A stretch of DNA of 64,000 bases, from contig CM041465.1 in NCBI GenBank assembly GCA_023213395.1, positions 210,993,741 to 211,057,740 on the forward strand, given 5' to 3'. The notes beneath the pieces are model-generated. The model ran no database searches. It was given only the letters and a program-made list of their open reading frames with translations, and was not told the origin of the DNA. The translations under genes and the position numbers were made by a program. This stretch comes from Cycas panzhihuaensis (taxonomy: Eukaryota; Plantae; Cycadophyta). Below are positions 1 to 12,505 of this stretch, one piece after another. Within the stretch, counting starts at the first letter, position 1. Each line of letters starts with the position of its first letter.

Positions 1-2100
1 TAGAGGGACAATTTGATTGAACATTTGTATTTTATATTATAGCTTGAATCATGCAATATTAACTTCTATAATGGGCATCTATTTGATGATATGACCACCA
101 TTTAGTCTTTCTAAAAGAAGGAGGAGGTGGATAAGGAGCCTATTTCTTCCTTCCTTTAGTAAGATGGATTACTTTCATTTCTTAGGAGGGTTAATTTTGA
201 GAAGAACAATCAACATGAAACTTGGTGTTAATCACACACTCTAACGATCTAATAGAAGAAGTTAAGTGATCGTAGGTAGGTTCAAGATAGGAAGCTTTAG
301 TTATCTAAATAGTTTCTTTAAAGGGAATAGGTTTCCCAACCTTCTTAATACCTGCTTGAATCTCAAATGTTTCCAAAGCTAGACAACAATCGAAAAATTC
401 TTCATAGGTTTGAGGGCCAAGTTTAAGAACTTCAAGATGTATATGTGGTCTCAAAGCATTAGTAAATAGATTGAATAGGAGACTAGGATCAAGACGTGAA
501 TGACATATATGTTTACTTGGTCTTGAAACCTTCTCACAAAATCCCTAGAAGTTTCATCATAGTTTTGTTTGATGGGCAAAAGAGATTTGATGCTAGATTC
601 AAATGGTCTTACTGCATCAAAATAGTTGATAAAGGAATAAACTAATTATTGAAACAAGAGGAAAAAATCTAAGGGAAACTAATAAAACCATTTCAAGGCA
701 TCACCTTGAAGTGATTTAGGAAATAAGTGCAATGTGACATATTCATATGACATGAAATCTACACAGACAAGTGTAAATGCTTATATATAGGAAGCTGGGT
801 CTTAGAAAGAGTCACCTAAAAATTTAGGTAACTCAAGCAGGAATGGAGGTATTGAGGATAAAAGGATCTCACATAGAAAGGGAGACTTCATATAGTCTAG
901 AAAAGGTTTCCTTGGCCTTAACATTGTAGGATGTTGAGGTAAGGATGATGGATGTGGAATAGAAGAAGGAATAGGTTATTGTTGTTGAGGAATAAAATGG
1001 TATAGAAGAGTAGATGAAGAATTAAACTAAGTTATAGGGTTAACCACAAAATTAGTTTATGGCATAGGATATTGAGGAAGGATTAGATTAAATGAAGGAA
1101 AGGAGATTGCTTGTGAGGTGGGTCTAAGAATATCTAATGAAGAAGTAGGGTTGATAACTCCCAAAACTTGAGATTGACTAAGTGAAGCATAAGGATGAAT
1201 AAGATAGGTATGAGAAAGATGTTGGGAAGAACGAGCTACATTAAGTATTCTAGGAGAAGATGCATGAGGTCTAATGCCTTATGACATAACTGTATGAGAT
1301 GTGTGAACATGCAATTGAGTCAAGGATGAGACAAGATAAGAAGGGGCAACCCTAGTAGAATAGGAATGAATAGGTTGTGATGTTGATGAAGGTAAGACCA
1401 CTTGATGTGAGATAGAAGCATGAGAAGGACTAGGGTTACCATGGATAGGAATAGTAGAGGTAAGTTTATATATGGAAGATATCATATGAGGAGAATTGAT
1501 ACAAACCTATATCCTAGAAGGTGAAAGAAGAGGCTAAGAATGAACTAACTTATGATCTTCAACTTCTTGTAAAGGAGGAGAATGGGGTCTTGGTAAAGGA
1601 GGATGGGAAGGTAGGGGAGGTCGAATGACATCATGAACAATTGAAGGCTCAACTTGAATCGACTCATACTCCTCACACAATGGATCAAATTATCGATGTT
1701 GTAGATAGGATGCCATAGTATAAGTCTCTAGATAAAAAGGATCTTGATATCTAGGAATGTAAAGCAGAGTAGAGATCTTAATAAGAACCAACTCAAAATA
1801 TGATGGATATATTTGAATAGGAAGTGTTTCTTCTTGTGCAAAAGAAGGATCTATAAAAGAAGCATCACCATGGAGTTGAAAGGGTTCTAAATACCCTTGC
1901 TCCATAGGTATTTCATATAATTAAGTCAAATCTTTGAGGAGGTGAACATAAGTATCATGAGAGTGATGTTCTAAAGAATCAACATAAGAAGATGAAACTT
2001 CATGAGCAACATATGAAAGTTGTACTTGAAGAATAGGTAGGAGACATTGAAGCCTCAATGATCACCTAGGAGTGGGTGTTGTAGATTTTATCACTTTAAA
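1..2100 (-). pseudogene. Ty3/gypsy Tat-type gag pseudogene (element Tat-1; Pro/Ser-rich N-terminus plus Retrotrans_gag core at about 300-850), continues off the left edge
   Basis: Manual minus-strand translation gives LPKFLGDSF*DPASYI*AFTLVCVDF...LFPKSLQGDALKWFY...FVRRFQDQVN; colinear homologue at 22500-23050. Confidence 0.8.
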
Positions 2101-2117
2101 TAAGAGGATAAATGGCA

Positions 2118-2136
2118 TTCCCTAGTATGGTTGCTA
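2118..2136 (-). promoter_or_regulatory. Primer-binding site of Tat-1 (degenerate TGGCGACCATACTGGGGA, tRNA-Arg-type as in Ogre/Tat)
   Basis: Minus strand reads ...CA-TTTTTC-TAGCAACCATACTAGGGAA; the same motif at 24538-24555 also lies upstream of gag. Confidence 0.7.
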
Positions 2137-2501
2137 GAAAAATGGCATGCTTTAGTTGGACCTAAACCAAATATCTCTCAACTAGTGATATGTTTCCTCT
2201 ATTTAAAATCTAGGTTAAGAGATAAGAAGCCTAAGAGAACCAAAGGGACCACCTTTGTAAACTCCTGAGAAAGAGTCTCCACCTGATTATGGCATTTAGT
2301 GAAGGTATAAATGAAGTAATGAAAGGCTGGGATAAAGGGGGGATGATTGAATCCACTAGCCTACACAACTAGATGGAGGAGTTTTGAGTTCAGGATTATG
2401 CTAACAATGTCTCTTGTGTCATTCTTAGGGACTCTCTTCCTTTTATTCTTTTAACCTTTTGCATTTTACTTAAATAAAGGAAAAGGGCTAAGTGATGGAA
2501 A

Positions 2502-2504
<3 letters not shown>

Positions 2505-2549
<45 letters not shown>
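2505..2549. repeat. (TC)22 microsatellite
   Basis: Directly visible. Confidence 0.98.
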
Positions 2550-2553
<4 letters not shown>

Positions 2554-3572
2554 TTGTTTTTGAAATGAAATCAAGAATAATTAATGAAACTACAAGATCT
2601 ATCCACATTCTTTTTAACACACAAATAAAAAAACTAAACATACATGTAATGCATTTTCTTATTATTTTTTAAAAGATGAAGCACACTAAAATTAAACAAA
2701 AAACTACTTCATTTAGATACAACACATACTTTTAATAAAAGAGAACTAACATGGAATATAACTATCACAACATGTAACTATATATGCAAATCAACAAAAG
2801 CTCAATAATATGCAATGTTTATATGAAGCTTTCATTCTAATTACATGATATTTTCTCTTGGAGAATGCTTCTAAGATAAAAAGGGAGAATTTTAAGATTT
2901 ACTTCTACTCTAATGAATGATATTCAGACCATAAAGATTACATGCAATCAATCACAACCAAGTCATTATCCACAATCAAGCAACAAACCAAAGGATAGAG
3001 AGATTCTCTCATAATTAGAGTCTATTAGATACCAAAAGGATCCTTGAATCTCATATGATTTGATTGGATCAAAGACATATCATTCATATGTTCAGATTTT
3101 CTTTTAAAGCAAGAGAATAATGAAAGGAGTAAAATCAAACAAGAACAATACTAGTAATTTTCTATGATTTCTTGCCTATTAAAGAACTCCTACCTTAGAA
3201 TGGCTTTCTTTCTTTCATGTGATCAAACTACTCTAAATTCTTTCTTTAAAACCAACAAAGGAAAAAGATAAATAAGAACAACAGGCTCAATGATAGCTAC
3301 AAATATGTTAAGATGAAAGTACAACACTTGGGGATTTAAATAGTTATGGGACAATGGAAAATAGTAGCTATCATGTGAGTGAAGAGATGATTATTCTTCA
3401 CAATAGTATACTTCCCTTTTGTCCTATCAAAGGTAGACCTTTTAGCCAAATTCCTAAGGAATAAAATGAATACAAAGACACTTCAAATATCAACAAGAAG
3501 AAAGGAAAGATTCTAAGCATAAATAGTTACCAAAGAGTAGTAAAATTATAAGAGTTCATAATAAGAAAGATT

Positions 3573-4221
3573 TGTTGAGAAGATAAGGTCCCAACTCTTA
3601 AATTGCTACTAAGATCTAAACTATTCTTGCAACTAGTTATAGGAATTGAAACTAAAATTTAACATTCAAGTTCTTAAACTAGAGATAAAATAATAAAATG
3701 AGCAAGAAAGCTAAGAATCACATATACACCTAATATAACATGGTAAAACCCTAGCAGTTTGTTAGGGAAATATCCACATATAAAAGGTATCAATCTTTTT
3801 GTTGTAGAATGGAGAAAAATGTACATAATCCTGTAGCAAAGTGCTCATAACAACAATAACCAACTACCCAACTCTTCAGAGTACATTGAACACTATCAAC
3901 ATAATGAAAAATGCCCTAAATCAGGCTACATGAGAGGGTCATCCAAGGCACAAATCTTGATGGTAGAATCTAAGGTATTTTTAGCAAACGACCCTAATTC
4001 TCTTTATAATTTAATATACTTTCCAGTGCTAAAATTTTGGGTTGGGGGCTATTGCCCCTAAACCCCCTCTTTACAGGGGGCATTCCACACCTCCAACACC
4101 CCCCTGGCCAAGGTGGGCTCCTGCCCCCCTTGGAACCCCCTAAGGAAGATTTGGGGGGGGCACTGCATTGCTAACATGTCAAAATTTTAGCCTCCAACCA
4201 TTGTTGTCATATTACCTAACA
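3573..4221. mobile_element. Solo LTR, about 649 bp, probably Copia-type
   Basis: TGTTG...TAACA termini, flanks AGATT/AGATC (TSD with one transition); internal TGGTAAAACCC...GGGAAATATCCAC motif and G/C-run block at 4040-4165; no adjacent PBS or PPT. Confidence 0.6.
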
Positions 4222-5123
4222 AGATCTTACTAGGAACAAAGTAGTTTGAAGCTAAAAACTTTGCAAGAAACTAAGAATTTTTAAAAATACCAACCATTGA
4301 AATTTGAGTATCAATAAATCAATAACCAAAGATTTAAAACATTATCTTGGATTTACTATTTTTCTTAAAAAACTAGACTTTTAAGAAGTAATAGTAAAGA
4401 TCTCTGAACAATCTCAAGAAAGATCTCTGAAACTTGATCTCTAAGCTTATATACTTTAAATGAGGGATGATAATAGGGTTTGCATGGGTTCTAGGTATAA
4501 AAGAGGTAGGTTTCCATCAAATCTGAGCATTGGCATACAAAGGCTGGTGTATTGGAAGAGTTTTGAATGGATGATAATAAAAAATATGACCGATCGTATT
4601 TTTGGAGCCACAAAAAATGTGACTTTCTTCTAAAAACTTAATCAATCACATTTTTGGTAGGACAAAAATTGTAATAATTCAAGAGATTAGAATGAATAAC
4701 TAAAAAGTCAAAAAATGATTTTTATTGATAAATTTTGGTAGAAATGACTTTAACCAATAAAAAAAGTAGCCCAAAAGAGATGAAACAATAAGCACAAGCC
4801 CAAAAATTGATAAAAAAGATAATGCAAGGGTGAAATCAAGATAAAAATATGAAACAAAATATTTAAAAAGAAGAAATGAATTAGGATGATCATGAAAGAA
4901 AATAATTTAAATGCCATAGTTATCACTCATCGGTAAGTGATAATATAATAATACATCCATCATCATTCAACATACACCATCAATGAAATCATCATAACAT
5001 TTCATCAAAACATGGCCTGATACATATAAAACAATCCTAAATCAATCATTCTCACATGAAACAATATAAGAAACCTATTAAAAATGATAAATATTAGTAA
5101 GAGGATTAGGTTTTGGTGAAACA

Positions 5124-5135
5124 TTTACCCCCTTG
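5124..5135 (-). promoter_or_regulatory. Polypurine tract of the upstream Tat element (Tat-B)
   Basis: Minus strand AAGGGGGTAAA immediately followed by TGTTTCACC (LTR start). Confidence 0.7.
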
Positions 5136-5473
5136 ACACCTGAAGCTCCTACTTCAAAAAAGAAATAGGATGGTGAAAGGTCATAATGATCAAGGTGTAA
5201 GGTTTTCTATCAAAAGTTAATAAAGTTTAGGATGAAGTATATGAATGATGGGTTACTAATGTACCAAAGATCTATAATCTAATTAAACCAACTTTAATAC
5301 CTCTAAAATGACAAGTTAAAGGTATGTTGCCTAAAAGCTTACCCAAAATGACTAGGTTTTCATTCATTAAATAAAAGATCAATGTGAAATACCCATAAAC
5401 TAAATGGGACTTAAAAGTCCATCTGGTCATAATTTATCTCTTATTAACCATACTTCAAAGGAAAGTCCTTTTG

Positions 5474-5722
5474 CTAGAGCATAAAGAATGGACTTCCATA
5501 GTTTTTGGACTCATAAATAAGTGAATTTTTAGAGCCTTAAGACTACCATAGTTTCGACTCATTAATAGGTGACTTTTTAGAGCTTTCCATCATAGTTTAA
5601 ACTCATTAATAGGGTGAAGGACTTTAGAGCTTGATTGTTATAGTTTAGGCTCATCAACAATTGGATTTCAGAGCATTCCCTATTATAGTTTAGGCTATTT
5701 AATAGGTAGAAGGGACTCAGAG
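5474..5722. repeat. Degenerate tandem array, 5 units of 44-50 bp, in the Tat 3' region
   Basis: Units start at 5497, 5547, 5591, 5639, 5684; core (C/T)ATAGTTT..(A/G)CTCATTAATAGG then variable bases then (T/C)AGAG(C). Confidence 0.85.
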
Positions 5723-6408
5723 TGTTTTGGAAATCAAAACAAAAGTTGATCTGAAAGAAAATGAGTGAAAGATATAGCATTTAGGTCTCCAAAAAGCTCT
5801 ATAGAAGATAAGTACATTAAAGTTGATAATTATGCCTAATGGATAAAAGAAAAATCATCTCACTATTCCAAAGTGATTTCATTGGATAATGATGATTATA
5901 AAAAGGTGGAATTCACTTTGATAAACTCAATGAATGGAAGAAAAATTCCTATTTAGAAAAGAGAGAAAAGCCCCTACCTTTTGTTAAGAAAAAGGATGAA
6001 AATCAAGTTTTATTTTCATAGGAGGGAGTTTGAAAAATGAGCTATATGAGGACTTTTTCTCTCATTTTTGAGGTGATATAAAGATCTTTAAGTAGGCGAC
6101 CAACTCTAGGAGATAAAGATTATTAGGATGCAGCAAGGAGTAAGATATCTAATGAGTCAACTTCTTAAATTTTTAAAAAATTTAATTTACATATCAAAAA
6201 TATGATTTTATAGTGTAAAAAATGCAGATATAATACTAAAAGCACAGTTATATTATGAAAAATATGATAACATCATAAAAAATATGATTTCACAATTTGA
6301 AAGTAATAAAGAGAAATTACATTTTTTATTGTGAAGTCATATTTTTAGCTTTTTTACCTTATTTTTAAATATTTAAAAGAAAGAACTTGAGAATTAAGAT
6401 TTCATAAC

Positions 6409-8150
6409 ATGGAAATAAAAATTTGATGTGAATGTTTTGATGTGATATAGCCTTTGGAAACAATAGGGATATAAGAAAATGAGGGACTAACCATAGGAGA
6501 GTTGGTTAATCAACATAATGAGAGAGATTGGGCAATTTTAAGGACTTGTGGACTATCAAGGCTAAGTGGATCGACCTAATTAATGATGGAGTATGAGATA
6601 CTCCATGATTTTGTCAATTGTTAGATTTTGAGTCATAATATTTTTAGAGTATAGGTGATAGAGAGATTTGTATCACCCTGAGAGATGTAGGGAGGATTTT
6701 GGGAGTTAACTGGCATAGGGAGAGAGTGAGATTCAATAGGGTGGTGGATGATGAGTCTCAGATGTCATGTAGCCAGTATCTGATAGGTTTGGCTGATTAT
6801 TTTGGCCCCTATGGGATATCTATAGAGGCCATTGCCATTGCCCTAATCATCATATACATGATTACTAGAACCCAAAACTTCATGGGGGTTCTAGCTTAAT
6901 GGGTAAGAATAATGAGGTGTTGTGAGAAGGGAGTTTGAATGAATTGGGGGTAGTACATAGTAGATAGTATATGTCTATAGTTATCGAGGGTCAAGAGACT
7001 AGGGAGAGGGGGATTCTCTTATAACTCTATCTTGATGCATTAGATATATGATCATATTCCTTTGATGAGACTATGAGGAGCACTAAGAGAGCTGATTATT
7101 ATGGATCTACAGATGAACAAGTGGCACATGAGAGCCAGGATCTAAAATAGGAGAGTCATCATGGCAAGGAGTACATATAGTCTCTTATTGAGTAGGATGA
7201 CTAAGAGATGGCTAATAGAGGATGCATATGAGGGACTACCAATATGGAGTGATGATGATATAGATGTAGTAGAGAGATGAGTAGCAGGATAGGCTTATAT
7301 CACTAGTTGAGGGAGAGGGAGAGGGAGAGAGAAGGACATAGGATGCAGTGGTGAGGCATCGACTAGTAAAGGAGGAGAGAGAGGGGATCAATAAGTGCTC
7401 AAGAGGTTAGGTGGAGCACTAAGTAGAGGTAGAGGAGGCTCCATATAGAGCATGGAGCTAGGCTCAATAGATGAGTAAGGTAGGGGAGGCACAAGTAGGG
7501 CAGGAGAGGGGGAGACTACCTAGGAGGCTTCCTAAGAGCCTCAGGGAGAAGGAGTGCCATAGGTAGAGGAGGAGATGGTAGCAGAGCTAGCAGGAAGAGG
7601 TGAGCCAGTACATATGTCAGTTAATTAGTTTTGAATGTGTTAAGTTATATTTTCTTTTTGATTATGTACTTTCTTTTGAGGAGACTAATCATGATTTATA
7701 TGTTTTCTATGGATATATGATGAGATCATGACTCTGGAAAAGTTAAGGAGGACACTAGAGTTGATATTCCCTTATGTACCTATATTAGAGGAGACTCCAA
7801 CATGGAACATAGTAGATTGTACACTACTGGGACACCATATTGACTACTTTAGTCATGCACTTCGAGCTCGAGACATGTTTATAGACATAAGAGTAGGGTT
7901 GAGATTGTGAGAGTCAGAGCTTAGAGCGACTGAGGATGAGAGATGTCATCTACGTAGAATAATGTTGGCATAGGTAGGAATGTAAGCTACTCCATTAGAG
8001 AGTACAATGATGTAGTAGGGATGATGTATTCCACCTCATAGAGAGTCTACACATGGATAGACGTTAGGCAAATAAGAGAGGAGAGAGCCAAGAGCACATG
8101 AGAGATCTCATTAGGGATCATAGAGATGAATGTATTCTATATATATAGAT
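6409..8150 (+). pseudogene. Antisense extra gene of the Tat element: plant mobile domain (PMD)-like protein with Glu/Gly-rich linker and coiled-coil-like tail, decayed; ends approximate
   Basis: 6600-6705 translates (one frameshift) to ILHDFVNC*ILSHNIFR / IGDREICITLRDVGRILGV, matching the PMD motif W..ET.TF....GEMTITLEDV..ILG; MNWG at about 6940; purine-rich coding-like bias to 7615. Confidence 0.7.
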
Positions 8151-9099
8151 GGATAGAAGGGAGATTTGAGGCATTTTATGAGCCTCAACTATTATATCAT
8201 GAGTCAAATGAGTGACAAATATACCATATTTTCTTGTATATGTATATATATTAATCACTTTTCTTCAAAACTTATGTGCGATGAATGATTAACTCTAATT
8301 TTTTCCCCCTTTTATTTCTCCCTTTTATAAATTAAGCATGACATACATTCATCAGTGCAAGGATCCATGAAAACATATAATAATTTTAATATTTTATTCT
8401 TCTTCTTCTTTTTTTATTCTTTTATGATTATATATATATATATATATATTATTATTATTTTTTTTTTAAATTTTTAACTAGTATGTACATGGTAGTTTAT
8501 ACTCATTCTAGAGTGCAGAGAGGTTTTGAAAAGAAAAGGATTATAAGGAGTAATGGAGGATAGAAAGCAAATAAAAGATACAAATGAGTAAGTGAAAGGC
8601 TTAGTAATTCTATTTTTATAAATATAAAACCATCTGAAACAAACAATAATAGGTTTATAAAAGTAAAATATGGAATAATATAAGTCTCTCAAAAGAAAAA
8701 ACTTATATAATTCACATCATACTCCTAATTGATTATATAAATATAGAATGAAATTCATATTCATATAATATATCATAAAGAAAACACATTGTTTATAGAA
8801 TAAAAAATTAATCTCACTCGATAGACAACTAGTCTTCTAAGTATATTGGATTCCTCGTTAGTTCCTTTCAGGGACAAGAAGCTTTTAGTATATTGCTCCC
8901 TGCTAAGATCCTCTATAGCCTAAGATTCCCACGTGGGTCTATCCTTTCAAACACTTTATTTTAGTCTTAAATCTATAATCCTAACCTTCACACTACTTAA
9001 AACTTTATCTTCAAAAACTATTAGTTTATACTCTTTACATAGTGGTAGTTTATACTAATTCTAGAGTGAAGTGCCCCCAACCAAAAGATAAAGGTCAAT

Positions 9100-9496
9100 C
9101 AAAATAATCATCCAAGATAGAAGAGACAAGAGTATTAGCTTTAGTATTAAGAGAATAAGGGATATACTGAATAATGACTAAAAAAAATAATGACAACAAT
9201 GATGAAACTTGATGGTGAAGGAGGAGTCATAAAGAGTGCACATGATATTTCCTAACAAGTTGGTAGACTACAATTTAAGAATCAGAATATATGATAATGA
9301 GTCCTAGATAAGAGTAAGAAATATTAGATAAGGCTCCTATAATAGTAGAATATTTGACTTCATTATTAGTTGCTCTAGGTATATATAGGCCAATAAAGAG
9401 GAGAGGATTTCTTGATTGGTCACAGACCACCCAAACAGTAGTAGATGGTCCTGGGTTACCTCTACTACCTCCATCACTGAAAATACTTGGTGCCAT
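9100..9496 (-). pseudogene. Archaeal-type RNase HI (aRH) domain downstream of integrase
   Basis: FSDGGSRGNPGP, RATNNEVKY, YSDS*IVVYQL, YIPYSLNTKANTLV: all four RNase HI motif blocks read in one frame through stop codons. Confidence 0.9.
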
Positions 9497-10529
9497 GAGA
9501 AGATAAGGTCAGTATTTGGAGATGGTATGATCAATGAAGGAAAGTGCATGAATAAATTAATAAGGAGATGGTAGTGAATGAGATTAGTTTCAACTATATT
9601 GAGGAAAAAGAGAAATCATAATTGATATAATAATGGTTAATAAGAATAAAAAGTGTCAAACAGGGTTTGATCATAATTGAGGTCATGGTGGACCTAAGTA
9701 ACTAGACCCAAACATCCTAAATGAATCATCTAAATGAACCCAACCTATTACATGGATAAGTGGGGATGAAATCGTCATGAGACTTACCTTGGATTATAAA
9801 AGGATGATACTAATATACTTACTTTTACTTTTACTTTTTTTGGTTTTTCTTTTTTTATCTATTTTTTTCTTTTTCTTTGATTATTTATTTATTTATTATT
9901 TTTTTACTTTCACTTTGTACTTTTTTTTTTTATAAGAATAGAGTCATAATCACTTAATTATGAAGTTCTTTTACTTAATATGATCAGGATTTATTCTTTC
10001 CAACGGAACCTAAAATGAAAGAAACCAATCTCCTTAAGGATTAAACTATGGGAAAAAGAGGAGGTCAAAATCACGGTGTCTCCAAACATAAAGGGAAGGT
10101 GATAGAATAAGTACTCACTTGAGAATATAGATAAAAAAAACGAGGATAATAAAAGCAACAAAAAAGAAAATAGCATGTGATATATGACCAATAAGGAATC
10201 CTCAAGGTGAAGGACTAATAACTAAAAGTATGATATCAATAACTAAAAGTATCTAAAGCTAACAAAGAAGTCTCTCTTTCAAGGATAAGAATAAATGATG
10301 AGGCGAGGGGCCTAAATTCTCTCCTAAGTACATAACTCAAAAGAGGAAGAGACCAAAATCTTTAAAGAAGAACACTGACAATCAATACATATACGAGAAA
10401 GAGCAATAGACTTATATGATCATGAGTAATTTTTTTAAAAAAAGTAAGAATTACATAAAGAGAATGAGAAAAGACTAAGAAAAGAAATTACCCATAATTA
10501 TAGCTTATTAAACAAGAAAAGAAATTCAA

Positions 10530-12505
10530 AGTTGTAGTTTATCCTCATTGTAGAGATAGAGAGTGTCACTAGGCATAAAACTTCCTCAAATATTGAGAGT
10601 TTACAAGCTGTTTAAATTCTAAACCTTTCATTGTTAAGATTTGATAGGCTCCATTATTCAAATCCTCGATTACTAGATAAGGACTAGCCCACTTAGGAGA
10701 AAACTTACATTATTTATCATGGAGGTATTCTAACTTCAACACTTTATCACCAACATAGAACTTTCTGGGCCTAAGCTACCTATCATGAGTAGCCTGAATC
10801 CTAGCCTTAGATGCCATATTATTTTGTAATACTTACAAATGAGTCTCATCTAGTTTTTCGAGTTCTAAGAGACGTGCTCCCCTTTGGAACTCTTCATCAG
10901 TAAATTCTTTTAATGAGACATGCAAGGAAGGAATCTCAACTTCTAATGGAAGGATAGCCTAAACACCATAAATAAGAGAAAATGGTGTCATACATGTAGC
11001 ATTTCTAATGGAGGTTCTATAAGCCCATAATACTAGAAATAATTGAACATGCTAATCTTTATGGGAGGTTATAATCATTTTAGCTAATTTTTAAGCTAAA
11101 GTTTTATTAAAGGCTTCAACTTGGCCATTCACTTAAGGGTGATAAGGGGTTGATAATCTATGAGTAATATGGAATTTACTACATAATTCACTTATATAAG
11201 GATTACAAAATAAAGTTCCATTATCAATAATAATAATGTCTAGTGCCCCAAATCTACAAATGATATACTGAAAAATGAATGTGACAACGATCTTTCCAAT
11301 AGCAGTGACTAACGGAATAACTTTACTCCATTTAGTAAGTATTCGATAGAAGTTATAATGAACTTATGATTATTAGATGGTGTTGGAAAGATTTGACTAA
11401 TGAGGTCAAAACCCCATTAGGAAAAAGGCCAAGGTGAAATAATCGATTTTAATTCTTGTGCATGCTTATGTATTAATGTCATATGGGACTGACATTTCTC
11501 ACATGTTTGTATATAAGCATGAACATCCTTAAATAGGGTGGACCAATAATAACCCATACAGAGGATATGTTGGGCCATTGATCAACTACCAAAATGTCCA
11601 CCACACGTTCCCTCATAGGATTCCATCAAGTTTATAAGTGTTTTAAGAGGAGAAAGGCATCTCAATAGAATTCCATTAAAAGAATGTTTATAAAGTACAT
11701 CATGAAGTAAGAGATATTAACTAGTAGTAGCTTAAATTTGTCTTCTCTTCTTAGATGTAGAAGAAGAAGGGAATGATTAATCATGAAGATATAATTTAAT
11801 TTCTACATACTATGAATTTTCGAAAGGGACTACCTAGACATGGAGAATATACTCATCTAAAAGAGTATCATCAAGAGGTTATTTGGTAGGATTAGGAAGA
11901 GGAGCATCAACCATGATCTCTGCAATGACCGTGCCTTTCTTAGACTTTCTATTAATGATTTGAAAATCAAATTCTTATAGTAACAAGGACTATTTACCTA
12001 GTCACCCAGTGAGATTAGTTTGGTAAGTAAATATCTGATAGGATCAGATTAAACAATAAGATGGACCTTATTCCTAAGAAGATAATGTTGTAACTTCTTA
12101 GTGGAAAAGATTAAAGCAAGACATTCCTTTTACAAAGGGGATAATGAAGTTCAATAGCCACTAAAGTCCTACTAATGAAATATATTGCTCACTTTTTACC
12201 AAAGTCATTCTCTTGTGCCAATATTCCTGCTAATGATTCTTCTATAAATGAAGTATACAGGATAAAAGGTTTATCAAAACTTGGTAGAGAAAGCATATGT
12301 ATTGAGATTAAGGCTTGCTTCAACTTGTTAAAGGACTCTTAAACTTGAGGAGTCCATTGTAGCTCAATGTCTTTCTTTAGGAGATTTATAATATGCTTGG
12401 CATCCGAAGCGAAATTGGTAATAAAACATCTTAAGAAACCAAGTCTACCTTAGGAAGGATTTAATCTATTTTTAGCTTTTAGGAGGAGGCATATCAACAA
12501 TTGTT
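10530..12505 (-). pseudogene. Gypsy pol 3' half, copy B (RT connection, RNase H, complete integrase)
   Basis: IVDMPPPKS, GRLGFLRCFITNF, ICRFGALDIIIDNG, TPYHP*VNGQVEAFNK, LWAYRTSIRNAT, GSLGPESS motifs. Confidence 0.85.

Larger units (their letters stand above)
2143..5123 (-). repeat. Long Tat-type LTR shared between two tandem elements (contains a nested solo LTR)
   Basis: TG at 2143, CA at 5122-5123; PBS on the left, PPT on the right; terminal 20 bp match 27734-27753 at 16/20; scattered short colinear matches to 24560-27753. Confidence 0.65.

Noticed and set aside
2396-2641. ER-repeat ORF
   Set aside because: Created by the (TC)n microsatellite inside an LTR.
5474-5722. CRISPR-like repeat-spacer array
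   Set aside because: Repeats are degenerate, spacers short and related, no cas genes, and the context is a plant retrotransposon.
6409-8150. Host MAIN/MAIL gene
   Set aside because: It lies between integrase and PPT of a retroelement and has multiple stops and a frameshift.
9275-9496. Bacterial/archaeal rnhA by horizontal transfer or contamination
   Set aside because: It is colinear inside a Tat element, shows the same decay pattern, and aRH is an established Tat domain.
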